A stretch of DNA of 64,000 nucleotides from Mobula hypostoma (lineage: Eukaryota), in the NCBI RefSeq assembly GCF_963921235.1, contig NC_086107.1, positions 115,694,001 to 115,758,000 on the forward strand. The letters are read 5' to 3'. A model generated the notes under the pieces. The model was not told the DNA's origin. It was given only the letters and a program-made list of their open reading frames with translations, and ran no database searches. Below are positions 17,560 to 29,900 of the stretch, in pieces. Every line of letters starts with the position of its first letter. Position 1 is the stretch's first letter. The translations under genes were made by a program, and so were the position numbers.

Positions 17560-19215
17560 TAATCAATGCGTCCTTCTGCAACTGGATCCCCAGCTGCCTG
17601 GCCAACAGCCCACAATCAGTAAGGATAGGTAGCAACACCTCCACCATGATTATTCTAAAGACTGGTTCTCCGTAATGTTGTGTCCTCAGCCCTCACTCTA
17701 CCCTCTGTACACACGTGACTGTGTGGCCAAATTCTGCTCCAAATCTATCTCCATGTTTAGAACATAGAACATAGAACAGTACAGCACAGTACAGGCCCTT
17801 CGGCCCACAATGTTCTGCCGAGCCTCAAACCCTGCCTCCCATATAAGCCCCCACCTTAAATTCCTCCATATACCTGTCTAGTAGTCTCTTAAATTTCGCC
17901 AGTGTATCTGCCTCCACCACTGACTCAGGCAGTGCATTCCACGCACCAACCACTCTCTGAGTAAAAAACCTTCCTCTAATATCCCCCTTGAACTTCCCAC
18001 CCCTTACCTTAAAGCCATGTCCTCTTGTATTGAGCAGTGGTGCCCTGGGGAAGAGGCGCTGGCTATCCACTCTATCTATTCCTCTTATTATCTTGTACAC
18101 CTCTATCATGTCTCCTCTCATCCTCCTTCTCTCCAAAGAGTAAAGCCCTAGCTCCCTTAATCTCTGATCATAATGCATACTCTCTAAACCAGGCAGCATC
18201 CTGGTAAATCTCCTCTGTACCCTTTCCAATGCTTCCACATCCTTCCTATAGTGAGGTGACCAGAACTGGACACAGTACTCCAAGTGTGGCCTAACCAGAG
18301 TTTTATAGAGCTGCATCATTACATCGCGACTCTTAAACTCTATCCCTCGACTTATGAAAGCTAACACCCCATAAGCTTTCTTAACTACCCTATCCACCTG
18401 TGAGGCAACTTTCAGGGATCTGTGGACATGTACCCCCAGATCCCTCTGCTCCTCCACACTACCAAGTATCCTGCCATTTATTTTGTACTCTGCCTTGGAG
18501 TTTGTCCTTCCAAAGTGTAGATGATATCGCCGTAATAGGCTGAATCTCAAATAACGATGAGTCAGAGAACAGGAAGGAAATGGAGAATTTGCTGACATGT
18601 TGTCATGACAATCTTCCCCTCCCCCAATGTCGGCAAGACAAGAGTTGCTCATTGACTTTAGGAAGGGGGATGGTCCACATGCTCCTTCGTCCATGGTGTT
18701 GAGGATTATGAGCTTCAAGTTCCTTGGAGTGAACATCAGCACCAGCCTGCCCTGACCCACCCACACATGTCACGGCCAAGAAAGCTCGCCAACGCCTCTA
18801 CTTCCTCAGGTGCCGAAAGAAATCCGGCATGTTTCCATGGACCCTTGCCAATTCTTTTGATGAACCACAGAAAGTAGCCGGATAATCAAAGCCCCCACCC
18901 ACCATAGACATTTTCCCTTCTCCCCTCTTCCATCGGGCAGAATAAACAAAAACCTGAAAGGCTCAAGGACAGCTTCTATCCCGGTGTTATCAGACTCTTG
19001 GACAGACCTCTTGTACCATCAGGTAGATTCTTGGCCTCATGATCTACCTCATCGTGGCCTTGCACCTCACCGTCTGCCTGCACGGCAACTTTATTCTGCA
19101 TTGTTATTGTTTTCCCTTGTTCTCCCTCAGTACAGTGCAATGATCTGATCTGTTTGAACAGTATGTAACAAGCTTTTCACTGTATCTCAGTACCTGTGAC
19201 AACAATTAGCCAATT
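17560..19215 (+). mobile_element. Decayed Rex-Babar fragment split by a young CR1
   Basis: PQSVRIG / LYTRDCVA before 17757; FKFLGV and KARQRLYFLR after 18519. Confidence 0.7.
17758..18518 (-). mobile_element. Young 5'-truncated CR1 copy
   Basis: Uninterrupted HFGRTNSK...RPHLEYCVQFWSP...GAYMGGRV with (TTCTATG)n tail; near-identical to copies at 58.3 kb and 60 kb. Confidence 0.95.
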
Positions 19216-20964
19216 GCAACACTGTCTAACTTAGTCTCTGACTACTGCCGCGACATCGCCCTCAGCCAAACGTACGACCGCCCTCCTCTCTCTTTCCTGC
19301 GTCTCTATCCCAGCTGAACCACCCGTAGCCCGGACCATTGATCTGCCAGTCCAGTCCCTCCCTCAGCCACGGTTCCAGCAAGCCCCAAATATCCCAGTCC
19401 CGTGTAGCTGTCCTCACCCAGAAGATACAAACGCCTGAAAGCCCGAATCAGCTTTGCTTTTCACTGTATCTCCGTACATGCGACAATTTAAACCAATTCC
19501 AATACTGATGCATATTGTGTATCTGATGCTGTGTGCCTGCATCTGTCTTTCATTGCGCCTGCGCGTCTAAGAATTAGCCCAACTTTGAGGCATCCTACAC
19601 AGGGATCGAACCCAGAGTATGTGACAGGTACCGACCACAGGGCCGGGCCCATTGGGAACTTGTCTTTGACCAATTTATCAGATGCCGAGGCGTTTGGATG
19701 AAAGGGTTCACGGCTGCGCAGAACCCGACTTAGCAGATGTAGCGAATTTCAAAATTCAAAGTTCAAATTTGTTCTTCATGTATATATACAAAATTCATCT
19801 TTTTGAAGACACCCCACAACAAAGAAACACTATTGAATGCACGAATAACCACACGCAACAGAGACCGACAATCTTCCAACGTGCAAACTACAAAACAAGC
19901 CACGCCGGGAAGGTGAGGCGCGGAGTCTGCACAAGTGGGTCCTCAGCGTTGAGGTGAGTGAAGCTGGTCCGGGAGCCCGATGACTCCTCCTGAACCTGGC
20001 GGTGCGCAGCCACCTCCCGCCTGATGGTAGTAGTGAGGAGAAAGAGAGCGGACAAATGGCCGGTTCAGTTTCCACCCCCGTTCTCCGATGCATCAATCTG
20101 GCCTGACGCTTTAATCTGCGCAAAGTAATGGAGCAGGGCGCAGGTTCGCATTCGGCTCTCGGACCTCCACCCGGCGTCTACCCCAGAAATGGTCCAGACC
20201 CCCCCCCCCACCACCACCACCCCCCAGACCTGCATTCACCGAGTCAAGTTGGCCAAACCCTTCAGGAGACTGTAAGACCACTAGATCATTTAAAGGGTTC
20301 TGAAGCACATTCCTTTGAGGGAAACTCCAGGCTGCAGATCACAGTAATGATAGTTGAGAAGTATGTAGTGGTTTTGTGAGCAGTCAGCAAAAGTGGGACG
20401 TGATTAGGTTGAATGTGAACACACTGGACAAGGTTCTTGGCCTGATTCTCAGCAGTGTGCAGGAACAATCTCACCTGCCAAGGTGGGAAACAGTAACATA
20501 CACATACTTTGCTAATGAATTTACTTTAACTTTGGAATAATTTTCCTGCCTCTATCTTATCTCAACATATAAAGCATAATTTTATATGTTTCTGTAAGAT
20601 CCCCTCCTATTTTTCTGAAATCAGTGAGTGTAGACTCTGTCTCTTGTCATTTACTAACTCTCTCAACTCCGAAATCAACCAGGTGGACCTCCTCTGCCTG
20701 GCCTCCAAACCCGGTACAGTATATCCTTCCTTAAGTGATAATTGAGTTTGCGAGCTCTGACCTGAGGCACAATACTGTACCGGGTTAACGGCGGCGCTCT
20801 CGGCAATCTGCAGGGACTCCATCTGCGTACATCCCTCATAGTTCCTCAGCATGTCGACAGGGTGGATAAGGCCAAGTACGGTGTGTTGGCCTTCATTAGT
20901 CAGGGGATTGTCCTCAATAGTCGTGAGATAATGGATTGGAATTGGTATTGGCTAATTATTATCA

Positions 20965-21310
20965 CATAAATCAGCGTCAGAACCAGGTTCAATATCATGA
21001 GGTGCAGTGCAGTGCAAATTGTGATAATAAAGATTGTGAATTACACTATACACACACACACATATCTAACATACGTTTTACATACGTGTTAAATTAAATA
21101 AATAGTGCAAATTAACAGGCGCAAGGCAGTGTTCAGTGTTCAGTGTTCAACGTCCATTCAGAAATCTGACGGCAGAGAGGAAGAAGCTGTTCCTGAATTG
21201 CTGAGTGTGTGTCTTCAGGCTCCTGTACCTCCTACCTGATGGTAACAATGAGAAGAGGGCATGCCCTGGGTGCTGGGGGTCCGTAATGATGGATGCTGCC
21301 TCGTTTAGGC
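20965..21310 (-). mobile_element. Rex-Babar 3' fragment
   Basis: AASIITDPQHPGHALFSLLPSGRRYRSLKTHTQQFRNSFF. Confidence 0.8.
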
Positions 21311-21569
21311 AAGATACAGTATAAAACTTGTCTTGCATACTGTTCAAACAAGAAAATATCTGCCGATGCTGGAAATGCAAGCAACACATACGAGATGCAG
21401 GCCAGGCAGCATCTGTCATAGACATACTGTTGCATAGCATTCACACAGATCCGTTCATTGCACAGTGCATTGAGCCAGAATGAAGTAAAACAATAATAAT
21501 GCAGAATAAAGGAGTTAGTACCAGTAAGTGATAAAATAACGAGGGAGATAGTGAGGCCAAGAGTTTATC

Positions 21570-22470
21570 TTTATAGCTCTGTAACTCACTGGTAAGACCA
21601 CACTTGGAATATTGTGTTCAGTTCTGGTCACCTCATTATGGGAAGCATGTGGAAGTTTTAGCAAGAGTGCAGAAGAGATTCACCAGGATGCTGCCTGGAT
21701 TAGAGAGGGTGTAGAGGAGATTTACCAGGCTGCTGCCTGGATTAGAGAGGGTGCAGAGGAGATTCACCAGGATGTTGCCTGGATTAGAGAGGGTGCAGAG
21801 GAGATTCACCAGGATGCTGCCTGGATTAGAGAGGGTGCAGAAGAGATTTACCAAGATGCTGCCTGGATTAGAGAGGGTGCAGAGGAGATTCACCAGGATG
21901 CTGCCTGGATTAGGGAGGGTGCAGAGGAGATTCACCAGGATGTTCTCTGGATTAGAGAGGGTGCAGAGGAGATTCACCAGGATGCTGCCTGGATTAGAGA
22001 TGGTGCAGAGGAGATTTACCAGGATGCTGCCTGGATTAGAGAGCATGTTCTATGATGAAAGACAGTGCGAGTTAAAGCTTTTGTGTTTGGAGCCAAGGAG
22101 GATGAGGGGCAAATGGATAGAGATGTATAAGATAAGATGCATAGATTGAGTGGATAGCTAACACTTTTTCTCCCAGGGTAGCAATGGTCAAAACCAGAGG
22201 GCATCTGCTTGAGGTGAGTGGAGGGGAGTTTAGGGGAGATGTCAGAGGTTAGATTCTTTGACGGTGAGTGGTAAGTGATGGAACACACTGCGGTGTGAGA
22301 GGCAGATATATTAGGGACGTTTAAATATCTTAGACAGGCACTTGGCTGAGAGAAAAATGAAAGGCTATGTGGGAGGGAAGCATTCGATTATTCATGGAGT
22401 AGGTTAAGAGTATAGCACAACAATGTGGGCCGAAGGGCCTGTGCTGTGCTACTGTGCCCAGTTTCTGTAT
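21570..22470 (+). mobile_element. CR1 3' fragment with internal 42-bp x9 tandem amplification (21661-22038)
   Basis: RPHLEYCVQFWSPHY followed by (ERVQRRFTRMLPGL)x9. Confidence 0.9.
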
Positions 22471-22648
22471 CTTTCTGACTTTTAGGTATTGCACAGGACT
22501 GTCACCACAAAACAACACAGTTCTCCATGTGAGCCAGTGATATACCCCCAATTCTGAATCTGAGTTAGTGCAGAGAGTGGAGAGAGCTGCAATTCTCCCC
22601 ACCAACAGAGGCAGACAGCGGCTGTAGTGTGCATCGTCTACACAACAC

Positions 22649-22860
22649 ACCACAGTTACTCACCCAGAGTACTCTGACCACAGCTCCTGATACCACCCTT
22701 TTCTCCTCTCTCTCCCTGTCCCGATGGATGAGGGGTTGCCAGCACAGGCTACCCCACCCCTCGGCTCCACAACCATCCCAACTGCAGCCATTTCCCACAG
22801 GCTGACACCTCCGCGTCAGAGCACAAGGGAAACAGCTCAGTTTGCACTTTCATTTCCTGT
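22649..22860 (-). promoter_or_regulatory. Candidate leukocyte-type promoter / alternative non-coding first exon of the coronin gene
   Basis: Repeat-free island with Ets-IRF composite CAGGAAATGAAAGTG (22845-22859), donor CTGG|GTGAGT (GT at 22663) and RUNX TGTGGT (~22649-22654). Confidence 0.45.
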
Positions 22861-23569
22861 CTGCTCTACTGCTGTCTCTCTCTCTCTCTATCAGTCTCTC
22901 TCTCGACAGCTGGGAGTGAATGGGATGGGGTGGGGTCCCATTGTGAGTGTGTAAAGTGGGAGTGAATGGGATGGTGAGGAGATCCATTGGGAGAGCGAGG
23001 GATGGAAGTGAATTGGAAAGTATGGGAGCCCATTCGGAATGAGGATGGTGGGAGGAAAAGGAAAGGGGTGGGGTCACAGTGGGAGTGAATGGGACGGTGA
23101 GGGGTGAATGGGAAGGGGTGGGGTCACAATTATCTATGTGGTGAAGGAGCAGGGGAGGGTGATGCAGGCTGTATGTGAGTGGAGGGTTGGGTGGGGGGGG
23201 GAAGTTGTATGGGAGGGAGCAGGAAATGACCGCTCTTGCTGTAGGTTGGCTGACTTCCACTGCAAAGCTGAGACGGGTTCGCCAGTGATCTCCTGGCGAG
23301 GAAACACCATGGGGCCAAGGAAAGCAAAACAGACCCCCTCTCCCCCTCCTCTGTGTCGGTTCTCCATATGCCTCAACGCCTCCCTCACAGAGTTCTTGCT
23401 CAGTCTTCCCGAGCACCCCCTGCCCTCTCCTCTGCACAGCCCTCACTGGATCCCACCCAGGGTAAGAGGTGATGTCCCTAAACCCTTCCCCCCCACCCCG
23501 CCTGAGCTGCTACCTGACTCTGCCCCTTACTCCCCAGGAGAGTGCAGGCAGACCTCAGCACCGCCGCCC

Positions 23570-23735
23570 CTCCCACTCTCAATTGCATTGCCTTTTAAGG
23601 TCAATGGCGCGACCTCAGTGAACGCTGTTGGTCGGTTGCAGATTGCAGCCCAACTTCCTCCTCCTTGACACTGGTGCCTCGTTGCTCCTTCCTCCTGCCC
23701 GCTGCCTCTCTGCCCACTTCCTGTTTCCGCCCCCC
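23570..23735. promoter_or_regulatory. Candidate enhancer: tandem ETS cores plus GC-box
   Basis: CACTTCCTGTTTCCGCCCC at ~23715-23733, AACTTCCTC at ~23652 and CCAAT at ~23579. Confidence 0.35.
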
Positions 23736-24886
23736 AACACCCACCGCCTCAGTTTCCAGCTCCCCTCCCTGCTGTTTTAATCTCCCCCTCTCCCTCCACT
23801 ACACATTGCCTCAGTTTCCAGCTCCCCTCCCTGCTGTTTTAATCTCCCCCTCTCCCTCCACTACACATTGCCTCAGTTCCCAGCACCCCGCCATGATGTT
23901 TTAATCTCTCCCTCTGCCCCCCACCAACGAATCTCTGTTTCCGTTCTCTTCCTCACTCCTCTAACTGAAACTTCCGCTACCTTAATCTCTACCTCCGCAT
24001 CCCCTGCTCCCTGAATCTCACTCTTTCCCTCCTCTCTGTCGTCCAATTCCCTCAATCTCTTCCCCTCATCTCACTCCCTCTACGATTCACTCTGTTCTCG
24101 CCTCACTCTCAGATAAAACTCTCTCCCCCTCTATCTCTCACTCTGAGTACTTTCTCCTCCTTCTCCCTCCAAAAAATCTTTCCTTCCATTCACTCAAATT
24201 TCTCTCCTCCCTCTTCTGAACCTCACATTCCCCTCTCCCTCCTATCCCCTCTCAGAGAAACCTCTCCTTCCCCTCTCACTCAGAAATTCCCCTCGCCCCT
24301 CTGAATTTCCCACCTCCTCTCTCCCTTTGAGTCACTCTCCTCCCCACCCCACCTGCCTTAGCAATCGCTCCTTTCCCCTCTCTTACTCAGAAATCTTTCT
24401 CCTCCACCCCCCCCCCGACATTTCTCAGTCACACCCTCCCTGCCTGGATCTCTAAACCCCTCTCCCCAAGCCCGGAAATGAGTGAGGGATGTTCACATTG
24501 ATGGGCCAGCAGCAAAGCAGGAATGGCCTCCACCTCCCTCCCCAAACTCACCGGAACGCACAGTAACAGCAAAAACAAGTAGATGTGATGGAAGACTTTC
24601 ACAAGGAAAAAGCATCAATTCTTCACAGATAAACGCACAAGTTATGAAAGGGGGCAGAGAGAGAAATGATGCAGAAATCAGCAGGTCAGGCAGCGTCCCT
24701 GAAGTGGGGCATATCTTGCACCAGACGTTCCCCAGCATCCAGACACCTCAACAGTTATAAAAATTGAGGCAGCCCCAATTAACATTTCAAAACTTTAGCG
24801 AAAACTTTCTGGGGCAGGTGCATTGGCGGTCCCACCGCACCACAAAAGGATTCAGCTCGTTTGTCACCCACACTGTTTTCGGATAG

Positions 24887-25080
24887 ACTCACCTGTTATT
24901 GCAGTTCTCTCGGTAAGCCGCTTGCTGCTGCCAGAACGAGCAGACCGAGTAGCCAACACTACGCAGACCGCTCCGGGAACAGGGCTCTTTAAGAGGATGT
25001 AGGCCCCACCCCTCCCCTCCCCTCCCCAGATCACGTGGTCCTTAAAGGCGCAGCGCGGTCTTTTAAAACTTCCTGGCACA
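24887..25080 (-). promoter_or_regulatory. Candidate distal promoter and short non-coding exon 1 (~24960->24893)
   Basis: Consensus donor CAG|GTGAGT (GT at 24892), TATA-like CTTAAAG at ~24987-24993, GC/KLF boxes at 25004-25027, E-box CACGTG at 25032, ETS ACTTCC at ~25068, local CpG enrichment. Confidence 0.55.
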
Positions 25081-25164
25081 TGGGGGAAATTTGCCCTATT
25101 TAGGAATTGTTAGGGGACTGGGGTAGAGAACATGAAAGGGAAGAGAGAGAGAGAGAGAAAGAGG

Positions 25165-25326
25165 CTGTCAGAGACATTGTCACAGACAGACACGGTCACA
25201 GACACAGTCACAGTGAGAGACAGACAGACACGGTCACAGACACCATCACAGTGAAAGACAGACAGACATGGTCACAGAGACAGACAGACAGACACACAAG
25301 GCCACAGACATTATCACAGTCACAGA
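25165..25326. repeat. (CAGA)n/(GTCACA)n compound simple repeat
   Basis: Visible; resumes at ~26906 after the CR1. Confidence 0.7.
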
Positions 25327-26900
25327 AGTTTCTTTAGATACGTAAAGTGTAAAGGGGACACAAGAGCTGATATCGGACCGCTGGAAAACGATGCTGGAGA
25401 GGAAGTAATGGGGGACAAGGAAATGGCAGTCGTACTGAATAAGTATTCTGTGTCGGTCTTCACTGTGGAAGGCACTAGCAATATGGTGGAAGGTTCTGAG
25501 GTCAGGGGTCATGAAGTGTATGAAGTTTTCATTAAGAGAGAAGTTTTCATTAAGAGAGAAGTTTCTTGGGAAACTGAAAGGAGTGAAGGTAGATAAGTCA
25601 CCTGGACCAGATGGTGTACACCCCAGGAGGCAGGGAGGCAGAAGAAAGGAAACTATAGGCCAGTTAGTCTGACTTGAGTGGTTGGGAAGGTGTTGGAGTC
25701 GATTATTAAGGATGAGGTCTCAGGGTACTTGGAGACGCATGATAAAATAGGCTGTAGTCAGCATGGTTTCCTCAAGGGAAAATCTTGTATGGCAAATCTG
25801 TTGGAGTTCTTTGAAGAAATAACGAGCAAGATAGGCAAAGGAGAATCATTTGATGATGTGTACTCGGATTTTCAGAAGGTCTTTGACCAGGTGCCACACA
25901 TGAGGCTGCTTAACAAGCTATGAGCCCGTGGTATTACAGGAAAGTTTCTAGCAGGATAAAGCAGTGGCTGATTGGCAGGAGGTAAAGAGTGGGAATAAAG
26001 GGAGCCTTTTCTGACTGGCTGCCAGTGACTAGTGGTGTTCCACAGGGTCTGTGTTGGGGCTAATTCTTTTTACATTATATGTGAATGATTTGGATGATGG
26101 AATTGATGGCTTTGCAGAGAATATGAAGATAAATGGAGGGGCAGGTGGTATTGAGGAAGTGGGGGCACTAACAGGAGGACTTAAAACAGATTAGGAGAAT
26201 GGGCAAAGAAATTGCAAATGGAATACTGTTTCAGGAAGTATATGGTCATGCACTTTGGCAGAAATGAAAGGGTAGACTATTTTCTAAATGGAGAGAAAAT
26301 ACAAAACACTAAAGGTTAATTTGCAGGTTGAGTCTGTGGTGAGGGAGGCAAATGAAATCTTGGCAAGAGGACGAGAATATAAAAGCAAGGAAGTAGTGTT
26401 GAGACTTTATAAAGCACTGGTGAGGGCCATTGTGAGCAGGTTTTGCCTGCTTATCTTAGGACGTGCTGAAACTGGAGAGGGTTCAAAGGAGAGTCTGGGC
26501 CTGTATTCACTGAAATTCAGAAGAATGACGGGTGATCTAATTGAAACCTACTGAATGATGAAAGGCATTGATGGAGTGGATGTGGAGAGGATGTTTCCTG
26601 TGGTGGGAGAGTCTAAGATCAGAGGACACAGCCTCAGAATAAAGGGGCGTCCTTTTAGAATTTAGCCAGAGAGTGGTGAATCTGTGGAATTCATTGCCAC
26701 AGGCAACTGTGTAGGCCAAATCTTTATGTATATTTACAGAAGAAGCTGATAGATTCTTGATTGCTCAGGGCACAAAGAGATACAGGGAGAAGGCAGGAGA
26801 TTGGGGCTGAGAGGAAAATCGGATCAGCCATGATGAAATGGTGGAGCAGACTGGATGGGCCAAATGGCCTAATTCTGCTCCTGTGTCTTATGGTCTTTCT
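25327..26900 (+). mobile_element. Decayed CR1 ORF2 fragment
   Basis: VGKVLESIIKD, SQHGFLKGKSC, DFQKVFD, cttatggtctt tail. Confidence 0.85.
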
Positions 26901-26995
26901 TTCCTGCAGTCACAGTGAAAGAAAGATAGACATAGTCACAGGCAGTGTCACAGTGACGTAAAGATATATGAGGCCACAGACCCAAATGCAGATCA

Positions 26996-29900
26996 TCAGT
27001 GTGTCAGTGTAAAGAGAGGCGAACAGATTGTGTCAGTGTAAAGAGACACGATCAGCAGTGTGTCAGTGTAAAGAGACACGATCAGCAGTGTGTCAGTGTA
27101 AAGAGACACGATCAGCAGTGTGTCAGTGTAAACAGAGACGATCAGCAGTGTGTCAGTGTAAAGAGACACGATCAGCAGTGTGTCAGTGTAAAGAGAGACG
27201 ATCAGCAGTGTGTCAGTGTAAAGAGACGCGATCAGCAGTGTCTCAGTGTAAAGAGAGGCGAACAGATTGTGTCAGTGTAAAGAGAGACGATCAGCAGTGT
27301 GTCAGTGTAAAGAGACACGATCAGCAGTGTGTCAGTGTAAAGAGACACGATCAGCAGTGTGTCAGTGTAAAGAGACACGATCAGCAGTGTGTCAGTGTAA
27401 AGAGAGACGATCAGCAGTGTGTCAGTGTAAAGAGAGACGATCAGCAGTGTGTCAGTGTAAAGAGAGACGATCAGCAGTGTGTCAGTGTAAAGAGACACGA
27501 TCAGCAGTGTGTCAGTGTAAAGAGACACGATCAGCAGTGTGTCAGTGTAAAGAGAGATGATCAGCAGTGTGTCAGTGTAAAGAGACACGATCAGCAGTGT
27601 GTCAGTGTAAAGAGAGATGATCAGCAGTGTGTCAGTGTAAAGAGACACGATCAGCAGTGTGTCAGTGTAAAGAGAGATGATCAGCAGTGTGTCAGTGTAA
27701 AGAGAGGCGATCAGCAGTGTGTCAGTGTAAAGAGACACGATCAGCAGTGTGTCAGTGTAAAGAGACACGATCAGCAGTGTGTCAGTGTAAAGAGAGATGA
27801 TCAGCAGTGTGTCAGTGTAAAGAGAGACGATCAGCAGTGTGTCAGTGTAAAGAGACACGATCAGCAGTGTGTCAGTGTAAAGAGAGATGATCAGCAGTGT
27901 GTCAGTGTAAAGAGACACGATCAGCAGTGTGTCAGTGTAAAGAGAGACGATCAGCAGTGTGTCAGTGTAAAGAGAGACGATCAGCAGTGTGTCAGTGTAA
28001 AGAGAGACGATCAGCAGTGTGTCAGTGTAAAGAGAGACGATCAGCAGTGTGTCAGTGTGAAGAGACACGATCAGCAGTGTGTCAGTGTGAAGAGAGGTGA
28101 TCAGCAGTGTGTCAGTGTGAAGAGAGATGATCAGCAGTGTGTCAGTGTAAAGAGACACGATCAGCAGTGTGTCAGTGTAAAGAGAGACGATCAGCAGTGT
28201 GTCAGTGTAAAGAGAGACGATCAGCAGTGTGTCAGTGTAAAGAGAGATGATCAGCAGTGTGTCAGTGTAAAGAGACGCGATCAGCAGTGTGTCAGTGTAA
28301 AGAGACGCGATCAGCAGTGTGTCAGTGTAAAGAGAGGCGATCAGCAGTGTGTCAGTGTAAAGAGACGCGATCAGCAGTGTGTCAGTGTAAAGAGACACGA
28401 TCAGCAGTGTGTCAGTGTAAAGAGAGACGATCAGCAGTGTGTCAGTGTAAAGAGACGCGATCAGCAGTGTGTCAGTGTAAAGAGAGATGATCAGCAGTGT
28501 GTCAGTGTAAAGAGAGACGATCAGCAGTGTGTCAGTGTAAAGAGAGACGATCAGCAGTGTGTCAGTGTAAAGAGAGACGATCAGCAGTGTGTCAGTGTAA
28601 AGAGACACGATCAGCAGTGTGTCAGTGTAAAGAGAGACGATCAGCAGTGTGTCAGTGTAAAGAGAGACGATCAGCAGTGTGTCAGTGTAAAGAGACACGA
28701 TCAGCAGTGTGTCAGTGTAAAGAGAGACGATCAGCAGTGTGTCAGTGTAAAGAGAGACGATCAGCAGTGTGTCAGTGTAAAGAGAGACGATCAGCAGTGT
28801 GTCAGTGTAAAGAGACACGATCAGCAGTGTGTCAGTGTAAAGAGACACGATCAGCAGTGTGTCAGTGTAAAGAGAGGCGATCAGCAGTGTGTCAGTGTAA
28901 AGAGAGATGATCAGCAGTGTGTCAGTGTAAAGAGAGGCGATCAGCAGTGTGTCAGTGTAAAGAGAGACGATCAGCAGTGTGTCAGTGTAAAGAGAGACGA
29001 TCAGCAGTGTGTCAGTGTAAAGAGAGGCGATCAGCAGTGTGTCAGTGTAAAGAGACGCGATCAGCAGTGTGTCAGTGTAAAGAGAGACGATCAGCAGTGT
29101 GTCAGTGTAAAGAGAGACGATCAGCAGTGTGTCAGTGTAAAGAGAGACGATCAGCAGTGTGTCAGTGTAAAGAGAGACGATCAGCAGTGTGTCAGTGTAA
29201 AGAGACACGATCAGCAGTGTGTCAGTGTAAAGAGACACGATCAGCAGTGTGTCAGTGTAAAGAGAGACGATCAGCAGTGTGTCAGTGTAAAGAGAGACGA
29301 TCAGCAGTGTGTCAGTGTAAAGAGACACGATCAGCAGTGTGTCAGTGTAAAGAGAGACGATCAGCAGTGTGTCAGTGTAAAGAGAGACGATCAGCAGTGT
29401 GTCAGTGTAAAGAGAGATGATCAGCAGTGTGTCAGTGTAAAGAGAGATGATCAGCAGTGTGTCAGTGTAAAGAGACACGATCAGCAGTGTGTCAGTGTAA
29501 AGAGAGACGATCAGCAGTGTGTCAGTGTAAAGAGAGACGATCAGCAGTGTGTCAGTGTAAAGAGAGACGATCAGCAGTGTGTCAGTGTAAAGAGACACGA
29601 TCAGCAGTGTGTCAGTGTAAAGAGAGACGATCAGCAGTGTGTCAGTGTAAAGAGAGACGATCAGCAGTGTGTCAGTGTAAAGAGAGACGATCAGCAGTGT
29701 GTCAGTGTAAAGAGACACGATCAGCAGTGTGTCAGTGTAAAGAGAGATGATCAGCAGTGTGTCAGTGTAAAGAGACACGATCAGCAGTGTGTCAGTGTAA
29801 AGAGAGACGATCAGCAGTGTGTCAGTGTAAAGAGAGACGATCAGCAGTGTGTCAGTGTAAAGAGAGACGATCAGCAGTGTGTCAGTGTAAAGAGAGACGA

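Noticed and set aside
17825..18766. 313-aa novel ORF (likewise 45756-46364)
   Set aside because: Chimeric read-through across TE insertion junctions (antisense Rex into CR1; gypsy RT into CR1).
19215..20880. Possible additional exon or gene in partly unique intronic sequence
   Set aside because: No recognisable protein motif or convincing splice pair; interspersed with decayed LINE fragments.
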